Shown here: in pieces, positions 39,044 through 48,707 of the stretch
How positions within the stretch are numbered: the first letter of the stretch is position 1
How the letters are laid out: every line of letters begins with the position of its first letter
DNA from: Myxococcales bacterium
GTDB lineage: Bacteria; Myxococcota_A; Polyangia; Polyangiales; Polyangiaceae
Direction: 5' to 3'
Assembly (NCBI GenBank): GCA_043747615.1
Contig: JAYTOU010000003.1
Coordinates: 128,001-192,000, forward strand
Length of the DNA stretch: 64,000 nt
The notes under the pieces: generated by a model
Databases searched by the model: none
Told to the model about the DNA's origin: nothing
What the model saw: the letters and a program-made list of their open reading frames with translations, nothing else
Program-made: the position numbers and the translations under genes

Positions 39044-40626
39044 CGGACGCACACGTCGGCGCGCCGCGGGAGAGCGGAATTCGTACGGCGGCGATCACCC
39101 GCGGTCGCGAGCTCAACGCGCCCGTCTACGCGAAAGCCGACGTAATCGTGATCGGGTCCGGAGCAGGCGGCGCCGTCGTGGCCCGCGAGCTCGCCAAGGA
39201 CGGCCGCAGCGTCATCATCCTCGAAGAGGGCGGGCATTATTCTCCCGAGGAGTACGGCGCGATGTCTCCGTCGAACAGCATTCGCCGCCTTGCGCGCGAA
39301 GCAGGCCTCTCCGCAGCAGTCGGTGTGGGGGACACCCCGCTCATCAGCCTTCTCGCCGGGAAATGCGTGGGCGGTTCGAGCGTCCTGACGGGCGGCGTAT
39401 GCTTTCGCATTCCAGAGAGCGTGCTCCACACGTGGTCGAAGGATCTCGGTCTCACACGCATGACGCCGGAGGGCCTGGACCCCTATTTTTCTGCGGTGGA
39501 AGAGATCATTCACGTCGAGACGGTGCCCGAGCACATGCGCTCGCGCTCGACCCAGCTGTTCGTCGAGGGGGCCGACAAGATGGGCATCCCCATGAAGAGC
39601 CTTCGCCGAAATACCCTCGGCTGCAAGGGCGCGGCTCGCTGCAACTTCGGCTGCCCCAACCACGCGAAGATGAGCGTAGACGTCTCGTTCTTGCCCAAGG
39701 CTTTCGATCACGGCGCGCGCCTCTTCTCCGATGCGCTCGTGGAAAAGTTGGACATCGTCGGCGGCCGGGTCACCGGAGTGCGCGGGCGCTTCCTCGACCA
39801 GGAAACCGGCGAGCCTCGCGTGAAGTTCGAGTTCCAGGCCAAGGTCGTGGTCGTGGCCTGCGGCTCGATGCACACCCCTCTCCTTCTTCGCAAAAGCGGG
39901 CTCGATGCCGACGACATTGGCCGACATCTCACGCTTCATCCGGCCTTCCGGGTGAGCGCGCTCTTCGACGAAGAGGTCGGAGGCTGGGACGGCGCGCTGC
40001 AGAGCGTCTACTCCGATCACTTCGAGGCCGATGGCATCACCCTCGTCGGCGTGTACACGGCGGTCAACGTGCTCGCGGCGGGCATTCCCGGAATCGGGAA
40101 GAAGCATCGCGAGCTTACCTCGCAGATGCCTCACCTCGCCGTCTTCGGCGGAATGGTTCACGACGACGGCGGCGGACGCGTGCGCCCCTGGCTATCGCGC
40201 GAGCCACTTCTTACCTACGCGATGAGCAAACGCGATCGCGCTCGCATGTTCAAGGGCATCCAGATCCTCGGGAAAATGGCCTTCGCGGCAGGCGCGCGCG
40301 AGGTCATCCTGCCCATCTTCGGATCGCACACCTTCAAGAAGGAGAGCGATCTGGAGTTCCTCACTTCCAGTCCACCGGCGGCGAAGCGTGTAGAGTGCAT
40401 GGCTTTCCACCCCCTCGGGTCGGCGAAAATGAGCGCCACCCGTCAGACCGGCGTGGTCAGGCCCACCGGCGAAACCTGGGCGGTCGACAACCTCTTCATC
40501 GCCGACGGCAGCGTCTTGCCCACGAGCATCGGGGTGAACTCGCAGCTGCCGATCATGAGCGTCTCGATGATGATCGCTCAGGGCATCTGTGCCGACTGGC
40601 CCAGGCTTCAGCGCCGCGCAGCGTAG
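39040..40626 (+). CDS. GMC-family FAD oxidoreductase
   Basis: VIGSGAGG, GKCVGGSS, C...CNFGC, HPLGSAKM, DGSVLPTSIGVNSQ. Confidence 0.92.
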   Translation: MTDAHVGAPRESGIRTAAITRGRELNAPVYAKADVIVIGSGAGGAVVARELAKDGRSVIILEEGGHYSPEEYGAMSPSNSIRRLAREAGLSAAVGVGDTPLISLLAGKCVGGSSVLTGGVCFRIPESVLHTWSKDLGLTRMTPEGLDPYFSAVEEIIHVETVPEHMRSRSTQLFVEGADKMGIPMKSLRRNTLGCKGAARCNFGCPNHAKMSVDVSFLPKAFDHGARLFSDALVEKLDIVGGRVTGVRGRFLDQETGEPRVKFEFQAKVVVVACGSMHTPLLLRKSGLDADDIGRHLTLHPAFRVSALFDEEVGGWDGALQSVYSDHFEADGITLVGVYTAVNVLAAGIPGIGKKHRELTSQMPHLAVFGGMVHDDGGGRVRPWLSREPLLTYAMSKRDRARMFKGIQILGKMAFAAGAREVILPIFGSHTFKKESDLEFLTSSPPAAKRVECMAFHPLGSAKMSATRQTGVVRPTGETWAVDNLFIADGSVLPTSIGVNSQLPIMSVSMMIAQGICADWPRLQRRAA

Positions 40627-40650
40627 CGATGTGCTAACGTCACCCCCGCG

Positions 40651-42204
40651 ATGGCGTCGTACTCGCCGAATCTGAGCGAATTTCGAGCCGCGGCGGCGAA
40701 GGGCAGTCTCGTGCCGGTCTACCGCGAGATGGTGTGCGACGGAGACACGCCGGTCTCCGCCTACGCGCGCTTCGGCCGACGTCCGTACACGTTCTTGCTC
40801 GAGTCCGTCGTGGGCGGCGAGAAATGGGCCGCATACAGCTTCATCGGGGTGGGGGCGCGTGCGGTGCTCACGGCGCGCGGCGGGCGCTACGAAATCGTTC
40901 GCTTCGACGTCGAGAATGGCGGCGCAGTCACCCGCGAAGAGGGCGAGTCGCCCGGAGGCGATCCCACGCGCGTGCTTGGTGCGTTGCTCGCAGGCTTTCG
41001 CCCGGTGCCGCAGCCGGGGCTGCCGCGCTTCTTCGGCGGTGCGGTTGGGTACCTCGGCTACGACGTCGCGCGCGCGTTCGAGCAGTTACCGTCGCTGCGT
41101 CCCGATTCGCTGGGCCTTCCCGACGCTTGCTTCATCGTCACCGATACCCTGCTCATCTTCGACAATCTGCGACAGACCGTTAAGGTGGTGGCCAACGCGG
41201 TGGTCGATTCCGTGGAGAACACCGATCACGCCTACGCCTCGGCGTGCGCGCGCATCGACGAGCTGGTCGCGGCGCTGAGCCTACCTGCACCCGGTCTGCG
41301 ACCGATTGATCCGCGTCCGTCCGAAGCTTTCGGCGAAGTAGCGACGGACATGCAGTCCAACACCACGCGCGAGGCCTACAAAGCCTCGGTGGACCGCGCC
41401 AAGGAGTACATCCTGGCGGGCGACGTCTTCCAGGTGGTGGTTTCGCAACGCTTCGAGGCGCCGCGCGGAGGCGCTGATCCGTTCGACGTTTATCGCGCCT
41501 TGCGCGTCGTCAATCCGTCTCCGTACATGTTCCACCTCGACTTTGGCGACGCCCAGGTCACGGGGGCCTCACCCGAGGTGCTGGTGCGCGTCGCCGAGGC
41601 CGACACCGGCAGCAAGAAGACCGTCTGGGTGCGTCCGATCGCAGGCACGCGACCGCGTGGGCGCACGCTCGAGGAAGACGCACGCCTCGAGGCCGAGCTG
41701 CGCTCCGACCTCAAAGAACGCGCCGAGCACGTGATGCTCATCGATCTCGGGCGCAATGACGTCGGCCGCGTGGCGCGCGTAGGCACGGTGCGCGTCGAAG
41801 AGCAGATGGTCGTCGAACGCTATTCGCACGTCATGCACCTCGTCTCCCAGGTCGCCGGCGAGATGGCCCCCGGCATCGACGCGCTCGACGTGCTCCGCGC
41901 GTGCTTTCCCGCAGGCACGCTCACGGGCGCGCCGAAAATTCGCGCCATGGAAATCATCGAGGAGCTCGAGCCGGTACGTCGGGGCGTCTATGGCGGAGCG
42001 GTCGGCTACCTCAGCTTCGGCGGCAACCTCGACGTAGCAATCGCCATTCGCACCTTGCTGACCAAGGGGGAGCGCGTCTACGTGCAAGCCGGTGCGGGCA
42101 TCGTTGCCGACAGCGATCCCGACAGCGAGTACGAAGAGTCCGTGAACAAGGCACGCGCGGTGGTGCGGGCGCTCGCCATGGCGCGCCCCGGAGGTTCCAC
42201 TTAG
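40651..42204 (+). CDS. trpE: Anthranilate synthase component I
   Basis: [51 protein letters not shown]. Confidence 0.96.
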   Translation: MASYSPNLSEFRAAAAKGSLVPVYREMVCDGDTPVSAYARFGRRPYTFLLESVVGGEKWAAYSFIGVGARAVLTARGGRYEIVRFDVENGGAVTREEGESPGGDPTRVLGALLAGFRPVPQPGLPRFFGGAVGYLGYDVARAFEQLPSLRPDSLGLPDACFIVTDTLLIFDNLRQTVKVVANAVVDSVENTDHAYASACARIDELVAALSLPAPGLRPIDPRPSEAFGEVATDMQSNTTREAYKASVDRAKEYILAGDVFQVVVSQRFEAPRGGADPFDVYRALRVVNPSPYMFHLDFGDAQVTGASPEVLVRVAEADTGSKKTVWVRPIAGTRPRGRTLEEDARLEAELRSDLKERAEHVMLIDLGRNDVGRVARVGTVRVEEQMVVERYSHVMHLVSQVAGEMAPGIDALDVLRACFPAGTLTGAPKIRAMEIIEELEPVRRGVYGGAVGYLSFGGNLDVAIAIRTLLTKGERVYVQAGAGIVADSDPDSEYEESVNKARAVVRALAMARPGGST

Positions 42205-42773
42205 TGTTGCTCTTGATCGATAACTACGACTCGTTCACCTACAACCTTGCGCAGTACTTCGGCGAGCTTGGTGAGGACGTACGTGTCGAGCGCAACGACC
42301 GTGTCACCGTCGCCGAGATCGCTTCGTTGGCACCCGCGCGTATCGTCATTTCACCGGGGCCGTGCACGCCCAATGAGGCGGGCATCTCGCTCGCGGTGAT
42401 CGCAGAGCTGTCGGGGCGCATCCCGATCTTGGGCGTCTGCCTCGGGCACCAGGCGATCGGGCAGGCTTTTGGTGGGCGAGTCGTGCGCGCGCCCAAGGTC
42501 ATGCACGGCAAGACCTCACCGATTCTGCACGACGGAACTGGGCTTTTCCGAGGGATTCCGAACCCGATGGAGGCAACGCGCTACCACTCGTTGGTGGTCG
42601 AGCCGGCGAGCCTGCCGCCAGCGCTCACGGTGAACGCCCGCACCGCGGAGGGCGAGATCATGGCGTTGTCGCACGCGACGCTGCCCGTGTGGGGCGTCCA
42701 GTTTCATCCAGAGTCAATCCTGACCGTCGACGGGAAGAAGCTTCTACAAAACTTTCTTCAGACGTCGGCGTGA
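42204..42773 (+). CDS. trpG: Anthranilate synthase component II
   Basis: [36 protein letters not shown] overlaps the trpE stop. Confidence 0.95.
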   Translation: MLLLIDNYDSFTYNLAQYFGELGEDVRVERNDRVTVAEIASLAPARIVISPGPCTPNEAGISLAVIAELSGRIPILGVCLGHQAIGQAFGGRVVRAPKVMHGKTSPILHDGTGLFRGIPNPMEATRYHSLVVEPASLPPALTVNARTAEGEIMALSHATLPVWGVQFHPESILTVDGKKLLQNFLQTSA

Positions 42774-43786
42774 TGCTGCTCCCGGTCATCACGCGCGTGT
42801 GCGCCGGTGAACACCTGAGTGCCGCCGAGATGGCGGTCGTCATCGGCCACATCATGGACGGCGAGACAACCGAAGCCCAGATCGAGGCCTTCTTGGTGGC
42901 CCTTCGCGCGAAGGGCGAGACGGTGGACGAAGTGGTGGGCGCAGCGCGAGCGATGCGCGCCCGTGCACTCAAGCTGCGCGTGCCCACCGGCGTCGTGGTC
43001 GACACGTGCGGCACCGGCGGCGACGGCGCGAGCACTATCAACATCTCTACGATCGCGGCAATCGTGGTGGCGGCTGCAGGAGTTTGCGTGGCGAAGCACG
43101 GCAACCGCGCCCAGTCCTCGCGCGCGGGATCGGCAGACGTGCTCGAGGCCCTCGGCGTCGACGTCAGCGCCCCGGTGGAGGTGGTCGAGCGCTGCCTCGA
43201 CGAGGTCGGCATCGGCTTCCTCTTCGCGCAGGCCTTTCACGGTGCGACGCGCCACGCCGCTGGAGCGCGCCGAAAGATCGGTGCGCGAACGATTTTCAAC
43301 ATGCTCGGCCCGCTGACCAACCCCGCGGGAGCGCGCCAGCAACTGATCGGTGTCTACGCAGTCGCGCTGCTCGAGCCGATGGCGCGCGCGCTCGGCGAGC
43401 TCGGTTCGGAACGCGCTCTGGTGGTGCACGGCGCCGGTGGGCTCGACGAGATTGCGCCTGCAGGGGCCACGGAGGTCGCCGAGTGGGGAGCTGGAGAGGT
43501 GAAGCGCTACCAGCTGCGGCCGAGCGACTTTCACCTCGAGGAGACCGATCCCGCCGGGCTCGCCGGCGGCGACGCTTCCAACAACGCCGAAAGGGCGCGC
43601 GCCATCCTCGACGGTGAACCCGGCGCCGGACGCAACACGGTCGTGATGAGCGCGGCAGCCACCTTCTACGCGGCGGGCAAAAGTGATCTACGCGAGGGCG
43701 CGCGCATCGCCGAGCGTATGATCGACGATGGCACCGCGCGATCCGTGCTGACGCGACTCATTGCGTGCTCGCGGAGCCGTTCATGA
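42773..43786 (+). CDS. trpD: Anthranilate phosphoribosyltransferase
   Basis: DTCGTGGDG, NIST, KHGNR, GSADVLEALG, RTIFNMLGPLTNP, GLDE. Confidence 0.96.
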   Translation: MLLPVITRVCAGEHLSAAEMAVVIGHIMDGETTEAQIEAFLVALRAKGETVDEVVGAARAMRARALKLRVPTGVVVDTCGTGGDGASTINISTIAAIVVAAAGVCVAKHGNRAQSSRAGSADVLEALGVDVSAPVEVVERCLDEVGIGFLFAQAFHGATRHAAGARRKIGARTIFNMLGPLTNPAGARQQLIGVYAVALLEPMARALGELGSERALVVHGAGGLDEIAPAGATEVAEWGAGEVKRYQLRPSDFHLEETDPAGLAGGDASNNAERARAILDGEPGAGRNTVVMSAAATFYAAGKSDLREGARIAERMIDDGTARSVLTRLIACSRSRS

Positions 43787-44562
43787 TCCTGGACGAGATC
43801 ATCGCCGACAAGCGACGGGTACACGAGCTGCGGGAGCCGATCGCGATCGAGCTACTGTGGCGGCGTGTGCGCGCCCTTGCGCCGGCGCGCTCCCTTGCCG
43901 CCGCCCTGCGCGACCCGCAACGCCGCGCACCACGCGCCATCGCCGAGTTCAAGCGCCGCTCACCGTCGGCGGGAGTCATCCGAGCAGACGCCGATCCCGC
44001 GCTGACTGCGTCTGCGTACGCGCGCGCCGGAGCTGCCGCGCTGTCGATTCTCACGAACGAGCGCTTCTTCGGCGCGCACCGAGAGGACCTTCAGCGAGCG
44101 CGCAGCGCGGCCGCCATCCCGGTGTTGCGGAAAGATTTTCTTCTCGACGCGCGCGACGTACTCGAGGCGCGGCTCGGGGGCGCCGACGCAGCTCTGCTGA
44201 TTGTGCGCATCCTACCGGGGGAGCAACTGGTGGCGCTCGTCCGGGTGGCCGGCGAAGCAGGGATCGACGTCTTGGTCGAGGCGCATACTGACGAGGAGAT
44301 CGACGTTGCGCTCGCGAGCGGCGCGCGCATGATCGGCGTGAATCACCGCGACCTCGACACACTGACCATCGACCTGTCGCTCTCGGCGCGCGCGCGTTCG
44401 CGCGTAGGCCCTTCCGTGATCTTGATCGCGGAAAGCGGCATCCGGACAGCCGCCGATGTGGCGCGCATGCGGGAGCACGGCGCGGACGCCATCTTGGTCG
44501 GCGAGTCGCTGATGCGCGCACCCGATCCGGGCGCGGCGCTCAAGGAGCTCTTGCAGTGTTAA
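43783..44562 (+). CDS. trpC: Indole-3-glycerol phosphate synthase
   Basis: [38 protein letters not shown]. Confidence 0.96.
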   Translation: MILDEIIADKRRVHELREPIAIELLWRRVRALAPARSLAAALRDPQRRAPRAIAEFKRRSPSAGVIRADADPALTASAYARAGAAALSILTNERFFGAHREDLQRARSAAAIPVLRKDFLLDARDVLEARLGGADAALLIVRILPGEQLVALVRVAGEAGIDVLVEAHTDEEIDVALASGARMIGVNHRDLDTLTIDLSLSARARSRVGPSVILIAESGIRTAADVARMREHGADAILVGESLMRAPDPGAALKELLQC

Positions 44563-44606
44563 TGACGATTTGTGGCGGCGTTCGTCGCCCGTGCAAAGGA
44601 ACGTGA
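44562..44606 (+). pseudogene. Probable trpF remnant (14-codon mini-ORF)
   Basis: ATG overlaps the trpC stop and TGA overlaps the trpB ATG; encodes MTICG...; the +1 frame reads VAAFVARAK. Confidence 0.55.
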
Positions 44607-45802
44607 TGGCAACGAGCGCAGGGCACTTCGGTCCGTTTGGTGGTCGCTATGTCTCAGAGACGCTCATCCCAGCGCTCGAAGAGCTCGAGGCGGTGTGGCG
44701 AGCGGCCCAGGCGGACCCCGCGTTCGAGCGCGAGCTCGGCCTCCTCTTTCGTGACTACGTCGGTCGCCCCTCGGCGCTCACCCTCGCCGATGGGCTGACG
44801 CGCGCGATCTTCCCCTCCAACACGAGCGCCAAGATTTATCTCAAGCGCGAGGATCTCAACCACACCGGTTCGCACAAAATCAATAACTGCATCGGACAGG
44901 CGCTGCTCGCGCGACGCATGGGCAAGCCGCGTCTGATCGCCGAGACCGGCGCGGGTCAGCACGGCGTGGCCACCGCAACCGTCGCGGCGAAGTTCGGTTT
45001 CCGCTGCGAAGTCTACATGGGCGCCAAGGACGTCGAGCGGCAGAAGCTCAACGTCTTTCGCATGCGCTTGCTCGGTGCAGAGGTGCACGCCGTGGAATCG
45101 GGCACGCGTTCGCTCAAGGATGCCATGAACGAGGCGCTGCGCGACTGGGTGACCAACGTACGCGACACCCACTACATCATCGGTTCCGTGGCCGGCCCTC
45201 ACCCCTACCCGACGATGGTGCGCGACTTTCAGTCGGTGATCGGTCAGGAGGCGCGGGCTCAGTTGCTCGAGCGCGAGGGGCGCCTTCCCGACGCGGCGGT
45301 CGCTTGCGTCGGCGGAGGCTCTAACGCCATGGGCCTCTTCCATTCATTCGTCGGCGACGCAGGCGTCAAGCTCTACGGGGCAGAGGCAGCAGGCGAGGGC
45401 ATCGCCACCGGGAATCACGCGGCCACGTTATCCCACGGGCGCATCGGCGTTCTCCACGGCTCCAAGAGCTTCGTGCTCACCGACGACGACGGCCAGATCT
45501 TGCCGGCGCACTCGATCTCGGCCGGTCTCGACTACCCCGGCGTCGGCCCCGAGCACAGTTGGCTCAAGCAATCGGGTCGCGCCACTTACCTCGCCATCAC
45601 CGACAAGGAGGCGCTCGAGGGGCTGCAGCTGTTGGCGCGTTCCGAGGGGATCCTGTGTGCGCTCGAAACTGCCCACGCGATCGCAGCTCTGGGCACGCTG
45701 GCACCCTCGCTTTGCCAAGGCGCGCTCGTGGTGCTCGCACTCTCCGGGCGCGGTGACAAAGACATGCCGACGGTGGCGCACATGCTCGGAGTCGACTCAT
45801 GA
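44606..45802 (+). CDS. trpB: Tryptophan synthase beta chain
   Basis: [55 protein letters not shown]. Confidence 0.97.
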   Translation: MATSAGHFGPFGGRYVSETLIPALEELEAVWRAAQADPAFERELGLLFRDYVGRPSALTLADGLTRAIFPSNTSAKIYLKREDLNHTGSHKINNCIGQALLARRMGKPRLIAETGAGQHGVATATVAAKFGFRCEVYMGAKDVERQKLNVFRMRLLGAEVHAVESGTRSLKDAMNEALRDWVTNVRDTHYIIGSVAGPHPYPTMVRDFQSVIGQEARAQLLEREGRLPDAAVACVGGGSNAMGLFHSFVGDAGVKLYGAEAAGEGIATGNHAATLSHGRIGVLHGSKSFVLTDDDGQILPAHSISAGLDYPGVGPEHSWLKQSGRATYLAITDKEALEGLQLLARSEGILCALETAHAIAALGTLAPSLCQGALVVLALSGRGDKDMPTVAHMLGVDS

Positions 45803-46617
45803 ACGTAGAGAATCGGTTGACCCGACGCTTCGCGCAGCTGCGGCAGCAGGGCGAAACGGGGCTGATCATCTACCTCACCGCGGGTGACCCTTCGCTGGTC
45901 GAGACGCCCGCACTGCTCATCGAAGCGGCCCGCGCAGGCGCCGACGTCATCGAGCTGGGTGTCCCGTTTTCTGATCCGTCGGCCGACGGCATCGTCATCC
46001 AGCAAGCGATGGCGCGGGCGCTCGTCACGGGCGGCGCCGGCACGCAGACGATCGCGCGCACGCTCGAGGCAGTGCGCATCTTTCGACGTGAGTCAGAAGT
46101 GCCGTTGGTGCTCTTTGGCTACTACAACCCGCTCTTGCAGCACGGTCTTCCGCGCGTCGTCGAGGACGCCCGCGCCGCCGGCGTCGATGGCTTGCTGGTA
46201 GTCGATCTGCCGGCGGACGAGGCGGACGAGCTCGACAGCCTCGCCGCCGCCGCGCACCTGTCGCGTGTGCCCCTTCTCGCGCCCACCACCTCGCCCGCAC
46301 GCGCCCGCACGGTGGTGGCGCGCGCGAGCGGCTTTGCGTACTACGTCGCACTGACCGGCGTCACCGGCGCAGGCCACCTCGACGTCGCCGAGGTCGAACG
46401 ACGCGTCACCGAGCTTCGTCCGGCGCTCGGCGACTTACCGCTCGCGGTCGGGTTCGGCGTGCGTGACCCTGCGAGCGCCCGCGCGCTGAGGCCCTACGCG
46501 GACGCCGTGGTCGTCGGCAGCGCATTGGTGCAAGCGATCGCAGATGCCCCAGATGCAGCAACCCGTTTGCGCGTCGTCCACGATCGCGTCGCGGCGCTCA
46601 AGGAAGCCCTGCGCTAG
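45799..46617 (+). CDS. trpA: Tryptophan synthase alpha chain
   Basis: [41 protein letters not shown]. Confidence 0.97.
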   Translation: MNVENRLTRRFAQLRQQGETGLIIYLTAGDPSLVETPALLIEAARAGADVIELGVPFSDPSADGIVIQQAMARALVTGGAGTQTIARTLEAVRIFRRESEVPLVLFGYYNPLLQHGLPRVVEDARAAGVDGLLVVDLPADEADELDSLAAAAHLSRVPLLAPTTSPARARTVVARASGFAYYVALTGVTGAGHLDVAEVERRVTELRPALGDLPLAVGFGVRDPASARALRPYADAVVVGSALVQAIADAPDAATRLRVVHDRVAALKEALR

Positions 46618-46641
46618 CCGGGAACGTCGCCCGCTTCCACT

Positions 46642-47508
46642 CTACCGAACACCGCTCGTAACCGTGACCCCCTCGGGGAGCCCATGGATGGTGACGGTGA
46701 CCTCGACGCGTGGGTTTTGCTTCCTGCCCATGCGCGTCATCATGGCGGCTGACTGGTCTCGCAGGCTCGAATCATCCATCGGGTCGTTGAAAAAGAGCGT
46801 GGCCGCGACGCCCTTCTTGGTGAGGTACGCGATCGTGGTGGTCGCTCGATCCTTGACGAGGCTCCTCGCCTTGCTTGGATCTTCGCGCTCGGAATAGCCC
46901 TTCACCTGCACCGCCGCGACGCGCGGGTTCGCCTTGATGCTCGCCGCAAGCTTGTCGGCCGCTCTCTTTCCATCCTCGCCGAGCGTCGCCGAGCCGTTCG
47001 GGAATTCGATGGTGTCCGTACTGGACGAGAATCCTGCGACCGGCCCCCGATAGGCAGCGGCGCCGCCCGTCGTTCCCTTGGTTTGAGGGAGAGCGGCTGG
47101 CTGCGTCGGGAGCGACAGCAAGAGGGCCTTCGCGTTGGCCTGATACGACGGGTCGACCGAAGTGGAGCTTGCGACCTCGCCGAGCGCGCGTCGCCGTCCG
47201 AGAAGATCCGGGTCATCGCCCGCGCCTGCGGTCGTTGCCGCCGCCCACTTGTTTTCGATGTCTTTGAAGTCGGCCGATTGGCGGAGCGGTGACGAGCCTG
47301 GGAGCGTGGTCACCAGCCGCAGATGCGCACCCTGAAAATCCCCCTGCGCCGCGAGCTTTTTTGCGTCGGCCACGGCGGCCTCTTCGACGGACGGAGCTGC
47401 AGGTTGGGTGGCACCTACGGACGCAGGCTCGCCTTGCGAAGTCGGCGCGAGCTTGCTGCACGGGTTGAGGGACAAGACGAGCCCGAAGCAGAACGCGCGC
47501 AGAATCAC
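46642..47508 (-). CDS. Secreted protein with a divergent C-terminal OmpA-like domain
   Basis: Signal-like N-terminus; F..GSA.L, V.VKGYS, RA, YL..KGV, NPRVEV. Confidence 0.7.
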   Translation of the reverse strand: MILRAFCFGLVLSLNPCSKLAPTSQGEPASVGATQPAAPSVEEAAVADAKKLAAQGDFQGAHLRLVTTLPGSSPLRQSADFKDIENKWAAATTAGAGDDPDLLGRRRALGEVASSTSVDPSYQANAKALLLSLPTQPAALPQTKGTTGGAAAYRGPVAGFSSSTDTIEFPNGSATLGEDGKRAADKLAASIKANPRVAAVQVKGYSEREDPSKARSLVKDRATTTIAYLTKKGVAATLFFNDPMDDSSLRDQSAAMMTRMGRKQNPRVEVTVTIHGLPEGVTVTSGVR

Positions 47509-47623
47509 CGGTGGCCTCCCCTGAGAGCGATCCGCAAAACCGGACGCATCCGAAGCAATCTATGCCGTTCTGTCTCCGAACCCAACAGACCTACTTTGCG
47601 CCGACGTTCGGCGCGCCGCAGAG

Positions 47624-48700
47624 CTAAAGCTGGCCGCGCATCTTGGCGATGGCTTTTTGAAAAGACTCCTTGTCGTTGGCCTTCTCCATCGCTGACTCGG
47701 GAGATATTTTTTTCTCGAGCATCAGTCGCTCGAGCGACATGTCCATCGTCTGCATGCCTTGGGCCTGACCAGCCTGCATCACGCTGAGGATCTGGTACGT
47801 CTTGCCGTCTCGGATCATGGCCGAGACGGCGCTGGTCCCCATGAGAATTTCGAGCGCGGCGAGCCGCCCCGTTCCGTCCGCAGATTTTAGAAGCTGCTGG
47901 GCGACGATCCCGATGAGGCTCTCGGCGAGCATACCGCGCACCTGCGACTGCTCGTCGGCGGGAAAGGCATTGATGATCCGATCGATGGTGGCGACGGCGC
48001 TGTTGGTGTGAACCGTCGCGAAGATGAGAGCGCCGAAGCTCGCGAGCTGGAGAGCAAGCTTCATGGTCTCGTTTCCGCGAAGCTCTCCAATGAGGATCAC
48101 GTTGGCGTCTTCGCGACCAGCGCTCCGGATGGCGCTCGCGAAGCTCACCGCGTGTGGCCCGACCTCGCGGTGGGTTACCTGAGCGAGCTTCGGCTGGTGC
48201 ACGAACTCGATCGGATCTTCCACCGTGAGGATATGGCAAGCGCGCTGCGCGTTGATGTGGTTGATCATCGCCGCGAGGGTGGTCGATTTTCCGGAGCCCG
48301 TCGGACCGGTGACCAGCACGAGGCCCGCCCGCCGCTCGGCGAGTTTGCGCACCGACTCGGGACACCCGAGATCCTGCAGCGTGAGGACCTTGGTGGGAAT
48401 GGTGCGGAAGACGGCTGCGAGGCCGCTGCTCTTGTAAAAAAAATTCGCGCGAAACCGAGCCTTGTCGGCGTATGCGTAGGCGAAATCGAGATCGAGCTCC
48501 TCGGTGATCTGCTTCTTCTGTGCGGGGGAGACGATCTCGTAGAGGAGCCCTTCCATTTCCTCGGTGGTCATCGGCGCGTCGCGAAGCGGCACGAGCTCGC
48601 CGCGCAGACGGATGAGCGGCGGGTACCCTATGCCGAGGTGAAGATCGCTCCCCTTCTTGGAGAGGAGCTCGTCGAAGAGGCGCTCGATTTTGGCGGCCAC
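47624..48700 (-). CDS. pilT: PilT/PilU-family type IV pilus retraction ATPase
   Basis: SDLHL, RFRAN, VTGPTGSGKSTT, EDPIEF, GELR, GMQTMD. Confidence 0.88.
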   Translation of the reverse strand: MAAKIERLFDELLSKKGSDLHLGIGYPPLIRLRGELVPLRDAPMTTEEMEGLLYEIVSPAQKKQITEELDLDFAYAYADKARFRANFFYKSSGLAAVFRTIPTKVLTLQDLGCPESVRKLAERRAGLVLVTGPTGSGKSTTLAAMINHINAQRACHILTVEDPIEFVHQPKLAQVTHREVGPHAVSFASAIRSAGREDANVILIGELRGNETMKLALQLASFGALIFATVHTNSAVATIDRIINAFPADEQSQVRGMLAESLIGIVAQQLLKSADGTGRLAALEILMGTSAVSAMIRDGKTYQILSVMQAGQAQGMQTMDMSLERLMLEKKISPESAMEKANDKESFQKAIAKMRGQL

Positions 48701-48707
48701 GCGTCCC

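Noticed and set aside
47598..47614. Intrinsic terminator hairpin GCGCCGA-CGT-TCGGCGC after pilT
   Set aside because: No U-tract follows on the transcribed strand; function is unsupported.
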